From an uncultured Chloroflexia bacterium (GTDB taxonomy: Bacteria > Chloroflexota > Ktedonobacteria > Ktedonobacterales > JADMIN01): a stretch of DNA of 32,000 nucleotides. Positions 23,673 to 31,742 of this stretch are shown here, one piece after another. The stretch is from positions 270,001 through 302,000 of the forward strand of contig CAVRAI010000007.1 of assembly GCA_963718915.1 (NCBI GenBank), in the 5' to 3' direction. Position 1 is the stretch's first letter. Each line of letters starts with the position of its first letter. The position numbers were made by a program, and so were the translations under genes. The notes under the pieces are model-generated. The model did no database searches and was not told the origin of the DNA. It saw only the letters and a list, made by a program, of their open reading frames with translations.

Positions 23673-26315
23673 ATGACGGTGGACTTACTGGAGCGCGACC
23701 CCTTCTTGCAGACGTTGGACGACCTGCTGCGCCAGGCTGGTGAAGGGCGAGGGCGGGTCGCGCTGGTCAGTGGTGAGGCGGGCATCGGCAAGACCTCGGT
23801 CGTCGAACGCTTCGTCGAGCGCCATCCCTCCGCGGCGCGTGTCCTGTGGGGGACGTGTGAGGCGCTCTTCACGCCGCGTCCGCTCGGCCCGCTGTATGAT
23901 ATCGCCCATCAGGGTCGGCCCACGCTCCGCGCGATGCTGGAAGACGGGGAGAACCGCGCGACGCTCTTTGCCGCAGTGCTCGACGAGCTTGCGTACCCTC
24001 CTCCTCCGACCGTGCTGGTGATCGAAGATATTCACTGGGCGGATGAGGCGACGCTCGATCTGGTCAAGTTCCTCGCCCGACGTATTCACCGCATACCAGC
24101 CCTGCTCATCCTGACCTACCGCGACGACGAGATAGATCGCGACCATCCTCTTCGCCTCGTCCTGGGCGACCTTCCCGCGCGTGATGTGGTTCGGCTCCAG
24201 CTTCCTCCTCTCTCGGAGGCTGTGGTGACGGCGCTCGCCGAGCAGGCTGGTCGCTCGACAGCGCAACTCTATGCCACGACCGGCGGTAATCCGTTCTATG
24301 TCACCGAGGTGCTTGCCAGCCATGCGCCGGGGATTCCCGTGACCATACGCGACGCGGTCATGACACGAGTCACGCGGCTCTCACCCGGCGCGCGCGAGGT
24401 GCTCACGCTTGCGGCGGTGGCGCCGAACCAGATTGAGCAGTGGGTCATTGAAACAGTGCTTGGCGCGTCATCGGCGCCCGCGCTGGAAGAGTGCCTCGCC
24501 GTGGGCATGCTCTCTCAGGACCGCACAGCGCTCACGCTCCGCTTCCATCACGAGCTGGCGCGCCAGGCAGTCGAGGGCGCAATCTCTCCAGCCCGCGTGC
24601 GGACGCTCCACGCCGACGTTCTTCGGGCGCTGCTCGCGCATGCAGGGGCGCAGATCGAGGTTGCGCGGCTGGTGCATCATGCCGCGCTGGCCCAGGATGC
24701 CGAGCAGACGCTACGCTTTGCGCCACAGGCGGCGAAACAGGCCTCTGCCCAGGGGGCGCATCGCGAGGCGGTGGAGCAGTATCGGACCGCCCTGCGTTTC
24801 GCGGACGGACTGGAAGCTAACCAGCGCGCTGAACTGCTTGAAGAACTGGCGCACGAGTATCTCCTGACCGGGCGAATGCCGGAGGCGATACAGGCGGGCG
24901 AGGATGCGCTGGCTATCTGGCGAAGGCTCGACATTCCTCTGCGGGTTGGCCACAACCTGCGCTGGTTCTCGCGTGTCTACTGGTACGTAGGGCAGGGGGC
25001 GGAAGCCCGCCATTATGTGGATGCGGCGGTGCGTCTGCTGCAAACATTACCCCCTGACAGCGAGTTGGCGTGGGCATATAGCTACCGGGCGATGTTTGCA
25101 ATGCTGGCGGAGGAGACCGATGACGCTCAGGAGTGGAGTAACCGCGCCATCGAACTGGCTGAACAGCTTGGCGACGACGAGGTGTTGATCCACGCTTACA
25201 ACACCCTTGGGATGTCTCAGATGAATGTGGGCGACCGGCAAGGGCAGGCGCTGGTGGAGCGGAGTCTTCGCCTCGCGCAGGAGCGTGGCTACGAGGAGCA
25301 TGTTGGTCGCGCCTATGCTAATCTATCATCCTACTTTGTGCGATTCCGCGACTATGCAAACGCCCACCACTATGTTGAATTGGGCATCACCCATTGCAGC
25401 GATAACGATCTCGATCTCTACAAGCATCAACTCATTGCCTGGCGAGCATTGGCCAGCCTCGATCAGGGAAACTGGCTGGCGGCCAGCGAAGACGCGAATG
25501 AGGTTGTCCGCGCCTATCGGGGTTCTCCGGTCAATACGATTCACGCGCGCGCCGTCCTTGGCTGGGTGCGAATGCGCTGCGGCGACCCTGGTATGGATGC
25601 TCCATTGGACGAAGCCCGTGATCTGGCGCTGTCCACTGGCGAATTACAGCGCATTGCCCCGGTCATGGCTGCTCGCGCCGAGTCAGCCTGGCTGCGTGGC
25701 GATCTCGTTCAGTGCGCGGCGGAGGCGCGTGTTGGCTTCGAGGTAGCGCGCGCGCACAGCAACCCCTGGCAACTCGGACAACTGGCCTTCTGGCTCTGGC
25801 GCGCTGGCGCCGTGACTCAGGCTCCGCCGGGCGCTGCGGCCCCGTACGCGCTCCAGATGGCGGGCGACTGGCAAGCGGCGGCAGACGCCTGGGAAGCGAT
25901 TGGCTGCCGCTACGAGCAAGCGCTGGCGCTCATGGACGGCGATGAGGCGGCCCAGCGGCAGGCGCTCACCCTCTTCGAGCGGCTGGGGGCGCGCCCCGCC
26001 GCCGAGATGCTGCGACGGCAGCTCCGCACGGCCGGCGCGCGCGGCCTGCCCCGTGGCCCGCGTCCGGCGACACAGGCGAACCCCTATGGGCTGACCAATC
26101 GCCAGCTCGAAATCCTCTTGCTGCTGGCCGAGGGGCTACGCAACCCGGAGATTGCCGACCGGCTCTCGACAACCCCCAAGACGGTGGAGCATCACGTCTC
26201 GGACGTGCTGGCGAAACTGAATGTGCGCTCGCGGGCCGAGGCGGTGCGTCTCGCCTATCAGCTCGGTCTTGTCCCTCAATCAGCAAATCCTCCCACTGGC
26301 AAAATGGGGGTCTGA
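23673..26315 (+). CDS. LAL-type regulator, tandem paralog of 21021..23633
   Basis: Same architecture (GEAGIGKTSVV, VLVIEDIHWADEATLDL, LTNRQLEILLLLAEGLRNPEIADRLSTTPKTVEHHVSDVLAKLNV). A 39-nt gap separates it from the upstream paralog. Confidence 0.85.
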   Translation: MTVDLLERDPFLQTLDDLLRQAGEGRGRVALVSGEAGIGKTSVVERFVERHPSAARVLWGTCEALFTPRPLGPLYDIAHQGRPTLRAMLEDGENRATLFAAVLDELAYPPPPTVLVIEDIHWADEATLDLVKFLARRIHRIPALLILTYRDDEIDRDHPLRLVLGDLPARDVVRLQLPPLSEAVVTALAEQAGRSTAQLYATTGGNPFYVTEVLASHAPGIPVTIRDAVMTRVTRLSPGAREVLTLAAVAPNQIEQWVIETVLGASSAPALEECLAVGMLSQDRTALTLRFHHELARQAVEGAISPARVRTLHADVLRALLAHAGAQIEVARLVHHAALAQDAEQTLRFAPQAAKQASAQGAHREAVEQYRTALRFADGLEANQRAELLEELAHEYLLTGRMPEAIQAGEDALAIWRRLDIPLRVGHNLRWFSRVYWYVGQGAEARHYVDAAVRLLQTLPPDSELAWAYSYRAMFAMLAEETDDAQEWSNRAIELAEQLGDDEVLIHAYNTLGMSQMNVGDRQGQALVERSLRLAQERGYEEHVGRAYANLSSYFVRFRDYANAHHYVELGITHCSDNDLDLYKHQLIAWRALASLDQGNWLAASEDANEVVRAYRGSPVNTIHARAVLGWVRMRCGDPGMDAPLDEARDLALSTGELQRIAPVMAARAESAWLRGDLVQCAAEARVGFEVARAHSNPWQLGQLAFWLWRAGAVTQAPPGAAAPYALQMAGDWQAAADAWEAIGCRYEQALALMDGDEAAQRQALTLFERLGARPAAEMLRRQLRTAGARGLPRGPRPATQANPYGLTNRQLEILLLLAEGLRNPEIADRLSTTPKTVEHHVSDVLAKLNVRSRAEAVRLAYQLGLVPQSANPPTGKMGV

Positions 26316-26318
26316 TTT

Positions 26319-26386
26319 CCCCAATGTGGGTGCTCCTCCCGATGTGACGCGCCGGGTAGCGCGAGTATGCTCCTGATGCCTGGAGC
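26319..26386 (+). promoter_or_regulatory. conserved promoter/operator module, copy 1
   Basis: The elements are CCCCAATGTGGG, TCCTCCCGA, TGTGAC (-35-like, 26343-26348), a 17-nt spacer, TATGCT (-10-like, 26366-26371) and ATGCCTGGAGC. All blocks recur at 27535..27603. Confidence 0.5.
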
Positions 26387-26427
26387 AGGTGACGTATGTG
26401 AGCGTCTGCCAGGCAAGGAGGAATGGC

Positions 26428-26721
26428 ATGCCGTGTTATCTCGTGGAGCGCGCTCGTCCTGTCGCTCTTGAGATCCCCATGGACGAGGAAGGCGAGCGTA
26501 TCGGTCACAGGGTTATTGCCACCAGCGGCGATGACCTGTTGACCTGGGTACAGACCTACGTCACTGACGATAAAGCGAGAACCTTCCCCAACGCTGACGC
26601 GCCCTCACTTGAGGCGATCCGCCACGTCGCTCGTCGCAACAACCCGCGCGTGGACAAGATCGTCGGAGTGACAGCGCTCGACTCCTTACAGCTATCACTA
26701 GCGAGAATTGAGAGGAATTGA
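26428..26721 (+). CDS. DUF4242-family small protein (divergent copy)
   Basis: MPCYLVERA...TWVQTYVTDDKARTF...APSLEAIRHVARRNNPRVDKI. It is a paralog of 27649..27921. RBS AAGGAGG. The family Cys-x-Tyr (FCIYDAP) is replaced by FPNADAP. Confidence 0.7.
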   Translation: MPCYLVERARPVALEIPMDEEGERIGHRVIATSGDDLLTWVQTYVTDDKARTFPNADAPSLEAIRHVARRNNPRVDKIVGVTALDSLQLSLARIERN

Positions 26722-26722
26722 C

Positions 26723-27367
26723 ATGCGTATCAACAGGCTTGTTCTGACAGTCGCCGCCGCTTTTGCCACCGTCATTTTGCTCGCGGCTGGCATAGCGGTC
26801 GCTTTCGCCCACGGATCGACGACGAGTAACGCTCACCGCGATCCGCTCCAGGCAGTCCGCGCCGCAACCGCTCGCTACCATTCGCTCACCGTCGCACAGG
26901 GAAATGGATATGCGCTGCTCACGGATACCGCTGGGATTGCGTGTATCGACAATCCAGGTGTTGGCGCCATGGGCGTCCATTATGCCAACGGAGACCTGGT
27001 CAAAGCGGGGAAGATCGACCCCAACAAGCCACAGGCGCTCGTCTATGAGCCAATGGGGAATGGCCAACTGCGTCTGGTCGCCGTCGAATACGTCGTCATC
27101 CAGCAGCAGTGGGACGCGGCGCACCACTCGGCGCCCGAGCTGTTCGGCCAGCACTTCATGCTGACGCCTGCTGGGAACCGCTTCGGGCTGCCAGCATTCT
27201 ACTCGTTGCACGCCTGGATCTGGCAGAACAACCCGTCGGGCACGTTCAGCATGTGGAATCCCACTGTGAGCTGCGCCGCGGCCACGACGGGATCAGGATC
27301 ATCCACCTCGGCTCCGGCCAACTCGGATGACGGTCGGCCACTCCCACATGTGCGACAGCCGCGTTAA
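26723..27367 (+). CDS. secreted protein of unknown function
   Basis: The ATG lies 1 nt after the DUF4242 stop. Signal peptide is MRINRLVLTVAAAFATVILLAAGIAVAFA. The C-terminus is Ser/Gly/Thr-rich. Confidence 0.6.
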   Translation: MRINRLVLTVAAAFATVILLAAGIAVAFAHGSTTSNAHRDPLQAVRAATARYHSLTVAQGNGYALLTDTAGIACIDNPGVGAMGVHYANGDLVKAGKIDPNKPQALVYEPMGNGQLRLVAVEYVVIQQQWDAAHHSAPELFGQHFMLTPAGNRFGLPAFYSLHAWIWQNNPSGTFSMWNPTVSCAAATTGSGSSTSAPANSDDGRPLPHVRQPR

Positions 27368-27534
27368 TCGTCCTGACTGGTAAGACCAACTCAGTCGTTG
27401 AGTCGAGGGCGGTGCGGGTCGTCTCATCCGCAAAGGTGGGACTATCTATGCCGTCCTCGGCTGTTATGTGGCCGCCAGGTGGGCTTCATCTCCGCACGGC
27501 AAAGCCACCCGCCAGCAAGATAGGTGGATGATTG

Positions 27535-27603
27535 CCCCAATGTAGGGGTTCCCCCCGATGTGACATACCAGCCAACTCAGGTATGCTGCCTCATGCCTGG
27601 AGC
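27535..27603 (+). promoter_or_regulatory. conserved promoter/operator module, copy 2
   Basis: The elements are CCCCAATGTAGGGG (CCCC/GGGG inverted arms), TCCCCCCGA, TGTGAC (27559-27564), a 17-nt spacer, TATGCT (27582-27587) and ATGCCTGGAGC. Confidence 0.5.
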
Positions 27604-27648
27604 GTTCGACCGCCAGCGGAGCGCGTCGGCCAGGCGAAGGAGGACAAT

Positions 27649-27921
27649 ATGCCACGCTATCTCGTTGAGCGCACCTTTACCGATGGTCTCCATATCCCCC
27701 TGACCGAGGAAGGCGCGAACATCTGCCGCACGGTGGTCGCCACCAATACCGATGATCTGGTGACCTGGGTTCACTCCTACGTCACCGAAGATAAATCGAA
27801 GACCTTCTGCATCTATGACGCGCCCTCACCTGAGGCGATTCGCCGGGCAGCGCGCCGCAATAACCTTCCAGTTGACAGGATCACCGAAGTCTTGGTGCTC
27901 GATCCCTACTTCTATCGATAG
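27649..27921 (+). CDS. DUF4242-family small protein
   Basis: MPRYLVERTF...VTWVHSYVTEDKSKTFCIYDAPSPEAIRRAARRNNLPVDRITEV is the typical family pattern. RBS GAAGGAGG. Confidence 0.8.
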   Translation: MPRYLVERTFTDGLHIPLTEEGANICRTVVATNTDDLVTWVHSYVTEDKSKTFCIYDAPSPEAIRRAARRNNLPVDRITEVLVLDPYFYR

Positions 27922-28121
27922 CCACTCTCGCCACTTAGCGCTATCCACAGGCGAACCCCCTCGGCGGAGCCTTTCTCCGTGGATGGCGCAACTGGGCAAT
28001 GAGTACGCGGCATGCCCGGCCCGCACATCTGCCTATCCGGGCATGCGTGCCACAAAATGTTCCAGGTTATCGAGGCTATTGAACCTGTCGAAAGCTCATC
28101 CACTTATACACGGTATCGCTC

Positions 28122-29375
28122 GTGCAACTCAGTAGAAAGGGTACGTCTTTGACGACTCAGCACATGTCTGCGCCGACCGCTCGCGATTCAGCATCGCCTC
28201 AATCACCAACCACATATGAAGGTGACATCGCCGCACTGCGCCAGGAGCTTGACACTTTGCGCGCGCAGATGGCGGCCCAGACCGAGGCGCTCAACGCACT
28301 CATGGGCCAACTGATACCAGCAGCATCCACCGAATATCTCACGAGAGAGGTCACTACGAACGTTTCCGCCCCGCTCAGTAGTGACGAGACCGGCCAACAA
28401 TCTGAGAAAACGCCACACACCGCCAGCCGCCGCAGCCTGCTCAAATGGGGCGGGTTGGGCGCAGCCGCGGCCCTCACCGCCGCTGGCGGAGCCGCACTGA
28501 CGAGCCAGACGGCCCAGGCCGCCAATGGCAACTACATGGTGCTGGGCTCCACTGGCAATACTGCGGAAAGCAACACAAAAATCACTGTTGACAGCACAAC
28601 ATCGAATCTCTACGGTCTGATCTCAAATGCCGAAAATAGCCCAGATAGCGTCGGCGTGTGGGCTATCGCTGGCGACGGGGGCATAGGTGTAAAGGCCACA
28701 GTAACCGGCGCTTCAGGAACTGCCATTTACGGGATCTCGGGCAGCGGCAACACGGGTACCGGCGTTTGTGGACAAAGCGATTCTGGGTGGGGTGTCTATG
28801 CTTACAGCCTGTCAGGTGTCGCCCTGGCCGCGGCCGGTACTGGGCGCATTTTTCAAACCCTCTCTGGATTCACAGGCGCTCCCACCAGCGGCTACAACTT
28901 TAAGGGCGAGCAGATTCGCGACAGCAAAGGGGATTTGTATCTTTGCATCGCCGAAGGCACACCCGGCACGTGGCGGAAGGTCGCGGCGGGCATCCCGGGA
29001 GTGAGCGGTGCGATCAACTTCCTGGCCAACCCCATTCGTCTGCTCGATACCCGCACCAGCTTCCCTTATGTCGCTGGATCCACACACGCTCTTCAGGTCA
29101 CAGGTGTCTCGATTGGCGGCATCAGCGTGCCCATCGGCGCGGTGGGTGTTGTCGGCAACGTCACGGTGGTGCGCGCGTCCGCTAGTGGTGACCTGCGTCT
29201 CTATCCGGGGTCGACCGCCCCCGATACAAGTTCGATCAATTTTGCCGCCGGACAGATAGTTGCCAATGGGGTGACGGTCGGCCTCAACGGCAGTGGCCAG
29301 CTCAACATCAAAGTGGATATGCCCACCGGCGCCAACGTCAATGTCCTCTTCGATGCCAGCGGCTATGTCTTGTAG
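28122..29375 (+). CDS. exported/anchored protein with N-terminal coiled coil, internal RR-motif anchor, Gly-rich repeats and C-terminal beta domain
   Basis: DIAALRQELDTLRAQMAAQTEALNALMGQL is the coiled coil. SRRSLLKWGGLGAAAALTAAGGAALTSQTAQA follows at residues ~102-133. Later come GDLYLCIAEGTPGTWRKV and the LLDTR...NVTVV...LRLYP...SSINF...ANG domain, both common in actinobacterial secreted proteins. Start is uncertain (GTG 28122, TTG 28149 or ATG 28164). Confidence 0.6.
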   Translation: MQLSRKGTSLTTQHMSAPTARDSASPQSPTTYEGDIAALRQELDTLRAQMAAQTEALNALMGQLIPAASTEYLTREVTTNVSAPLSSDETGQQSEKTPHTASRRSLLKWGGLGAAAALTAAGGAALTSQTAQAANGNYMVLGSTGNTAESNTKITVDSTTSNLYGLISNAENSPDSVGVWAIAGDGGIGVKATVTGASGTAIYGISGSGNTGTGVCGQSDSGWGVYAYSLSGVALAAAGTGRIFQTLSGFTGAPTSGYNFKGEQIRDSKGDLYLCIAEGTPGTWRKVAAGIPGVSGAINFLANPIRLLDTRTSFPYVAGSTHALQVTGVSIGGISVPIGAVGVVGNVTVVRASASGDLRLYPGSTAPDTSSINFAAGQIVANGVTVGLNGSGQLNIKVDMPTGANVNVLFDASGYVL

Positions 29376-29398
29376 TGTCCCCTTTGGATGTGGCTAAG

Positions 29399-29447
29399 GA
29401 ACCGGATGGGCCATCGGTGCTGTCTGTCGATGGCTCCTATCCGGTTC
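29399..29447. terminator. bidirectional hairpin between convergent genes
   Basis: GAACCGGAT..CCATCG - 11-nt loop - CGATGG..ATCCGGTTC gives 9+6 bp plus an internal loop. It sits between the stops at 29375 (+) and 29473 (-). Confidence 0.5.
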
Positions 29448-29472
29448 TTCGCGTGGGTGGAGGTGTACACTC

Positions 29473-31218
29473 CTACAGTAGCGTGTACGAGGCAAGCACC
29501 ATCAGCAGCACCGTCACCACCAGCAACAACACCGGCGCGCCGATCAACAGGGCGAGCTTGAAGCGCGTGCTCAGCTTCGAGCCACTGACGAAGTAGTAGA
29601 CGAACGGGCCAATGACCGGAACCGCCAGCACCAGCGCGCCCCAGCCCAGCTTCTTCCCGGCGCTCAACTCCTGACGCTGGCCAAGCTCCACGAAGGCGAC
29701 GGCGATCCAGGCGGCATAGAGCGCGAAGAAGAGCGCGTTGCCATAGAACGAGAGCAGAATCTGCACGATTGAGTATCCCGTGAAGCCGAGCGGCTGGAAC
29801 ATGGCGGAACCTCCTGAGTAGCCTGACGTATAGGCTGCGACAGCGGGCGGAATCCCATCATTCGAGGTGGTATCCTCAGGGAATGCATCGGTAAAGATTG
29901 GCCCTGGCCCTGCGTTGACATTGGGCATATTTGGCTGCGCGGCGGGCGCGGGCGCCTGGCGATAATCGGGCGGGTTGTAGCTGGGGCCGGGCGTGCTGAA
30001 GCCGGTGTTGAGATACTTTGCCACCAGCCGCAGCGTCGCGCCAAAATCGCCGCCACCCACCAGCGTTATCGGCGAGCCGCAGGGATGCGAGACCTCCAGC
30101 AGCGGCGGAACCGTCGTCGCCGCTTTGTTATCGGCGAAGCAGTTGTTGGCGCCGCTGGGCGAGGAGAGCGCCAGATCGGCCACGCCAGAGCTGGTCACCG
30201 TGTTGCCCCTGACGACATTGCCTGAGGCTAGCCAGAAGTTCTGGTCGATGTTGCCCAGCACGAGGATGCCGTACTCGCTGTTATTGGCGACACGGTTGTT
30301 GGCGATGTAGTTCAGGTCGCCGCCGGGCACGAGAATGCCGTCGCCCAGCGGGATATGCGACCAGAGGTTGTAGGGCGCCTTCTCGTTGCCGTTATCATGC
30401 ACATAGTTGCCGATAACCGAGGTACCGCGCTCTGGCGGGCCTTTCTCGCTATCGAGCGTATTGGGCACGATGCCCGCGCTGTTGTGCGCCCACTCAGAGT
30501 CCTGGATGATCAGATTGCCGCCCGCGTTGGTGCCCGAATAGCCCAGGCCGTTCCACTCCGAGACCACGTCGGTGATGAGTGCGTCGCAGGGATAGCACTG
30601 GCCGATGTAGAAACCGGAATCCGGGCTGCCAGAGGCGTAGGAGCGGTCGAACTCGCCACGCTTCGAGCCAAAGGCGTAGATGCCATAGTCGCCGTTGTCG
30701 TAGGCCGTCAGATAGCTGCCACGGTAGCCGGTCTGGTCTGTCCAGTAGAAGCCGTTGCCCACATAGTGATGGGCGGTCATGTTCTCGATGATGACATTAT
30801 CTGCCTGCACCGTGAAGCCATTGGTGAGCTTCGATTGGCCATCAAGGATCGTTTGATTGCGGTCCTCGCCGCGAATAGTCAGGTCGGATGTGCAGACCTT
30901 GACGGCCTCGTGGTAGGTTCCCGGCGCGACAAGGATGAGATCGCCCGGCTGCGCGGCGTTCACGGCGTCCTGGATGGTCGGTTTATCGGCGGGGACGTGA
31001 ATCACGTGGGCGAACTGCGATGGCGGCCCGAGCAGCGAGCTGCGCAACTGCGAGCCAGCGGGACAGAGCGCGTTGGCCGCCGGAGGGCGCTGGGCGCTTG
31101 CCTGCGCGGTAGGCGTCTGCCCGGCAAGCGCGAGTAGCGGAAGGGCTAGGAGCACGGCGAGCAGCGCGGGAAATGTAAGGGCCGCGAGCGCTGGACGGCG
31201 AGAACGAGGTTGTGGCAT
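29473..31218 (-). CDS. secreted right-handed parallel beta-helix (NosD-like) protein with C-terminal membrane anchor (PLD-N-terminal-like TM pair)
   Basis: The signal/RR-like N-terminus is PRSRRPALAALTFPALLAVLLALPLLALA. IQDAVNAAQPGDLILVAPGTYHEAVKV follows, with repeated NxxxxN beta-helix turns. The C-terminus reads WIAVAFVELGQRQELSAGKKLGWGALVLAVPVIGPFVYYFV. Confidence 0.75.
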   Translation of the reverse strand: MPQPRSRRPALAALTFPALLAVLLALPLLALAGQTPTAQASAQRPPAANALCPAGSQLRSSLLGPPSQFAHVIHVPADKPTIQDAVNAAQPGDLILVAPGTYHEAVKVCTSDLTIRGEDRNQTILDGQSKLTNGFTVQADNVIIENMTAHHYVGNGFYWTDQTGYRGSYLTAYDNGDYGIYAFGSKRGEFDRSYASGSPDSGFYIGQCYPCDALITDVVSEWNGLGYSGTNAGGNLIIQDSEWAHNSAGIVPNTLDSEKGPPERGTSVIGNYVHDNGNEKAPYNLWSHIPLGDGILVPGGDLNYIANNRVANNSEYGILVLGNIDQNFWLASGNVVRGNTVTSSGVADLALSSPSGANNCFADNKAATTVPPLLEVSHPCGSPITLVGGGDFGATLRLVAKYLNTGFSTPGPSYNPPDYRQAPAPAAQPNMPNVNAGPGPIFTDAFPEDTTSNDGIPPAVAAYTSGYSGGSAMFQPLGFTGYSIVQILLSFYGNALFFALYAAWIAVAFVELGQRQELSAGKKLGWGALVLAVPVIGPFVYYFVSGSKLSTRFKLALLIGAPVLLLVVTVLLMVLASYTLL

Positions 31219-31281
31219 GACGGCTCCCTCGATGAGCGGTAGGTGAGCGCACTACGCTGGGTGACTCATTACACGACAAGT

Positions 31282-31671
31282 CTATGATACGGTGACGACA
31301 ACCTCCATGCCTGGGTGAATGATGCAGACTACATGGTAGGTACCTGCCGTCGGGAAGACGATATTCTTGCTATCGCCAGTCTGAAATGGTAATCCCTGAT
31401 CGGTATTGAGATCGGCGGGCGCGCCAGTCTGCGGCACGCATTTTACCCCCGCGCCCACACAAATGATGTGCGTGCCACCGCTTGCCGGATCGACGAAATG
31501 GACGGCCTGCCCAGCCTTGATCGAAACACTGGTCTGCTGGAACGCGGCGACCCCCATATCCACTTCGTTGGATGGAGTGCTACCACATCCCGCCAGCAGC
31601 AGCGTCAGCGTCAGCAGCGCCACCACCAGGACACCGCCGCTGGCGAGGCTCAGGCGCTTGCCCACACGCAT
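31282..31671 (-). CDS. cupredoxin (amicyanin/plastocyanin-like) lipoprotein
   Basis: The lipobox is LLLAGCGS. The type-1 Cu ligand pattern is ...GGTH... and YHVVCIIHPGM (Cx2Hx2M). RBS AAGGAAG. Confidence 0.8.
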   Translation of the reverse strand: MRVGKRLSLASGGVLVVALLTLTLLLAGCGSTPSNEVDMGVAAFQQTSVSIKAGQAVHFVDPASGGTHIICVGAGVKCVPQTGAPADLNTDQGLPFQTGDSKNIVFPTAGTYHVVCIIHPGMEVVVTVS

Positions 31672-31709
31672 AGGTCTTCCTTACTTGCTATCTCACGGTA
31701 GGGATATCT

Positions 31710-31742
31710 CATCGCCCGCCATCGCCCGCCATCGCCCGCCAT
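31710..31742. repeat. perfect tandem repeat, 10-mer CATCGCCCGC x 3.3
   Basis: The period-10 identity holds from 31710 to 31742. It lies 39-71 nt upstream of the cupredoxin start codon. On the coding strand it reads ATGGCGGGCG repeats. Confidence 0.9.

Noticed and set aside
21021-26315. The two AAA/STAND-TPR proteins as Avs-like antiphage NLR defence genes
   Set aside because: Both end in a canonical LuxR-type HTH rather than a nuclease, protease or other effector. The architecture matches MalT/LAL transcription regulators, and plausible regulated targets lie immediately downstream.
30355-31137. 260-aa plus-strand ORF inside the beta-helix gene; also 23685..24323 (-) inside the second LAL gene and 2531..3085 (-) across the sigma/anti-sigma junction
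   Set aside because: All are antisense to genes with strong motif support. Their compositions are typical of high-GC mirror frames.
31710-31742. Tandem 10-mers as a CRISPR array or coding repeat
   Set aside because: The units are contiguous with no spacers and are far too short for CRISPR. The locus lies upstream of the cupredoxin start, and no convincing ORF covers it.
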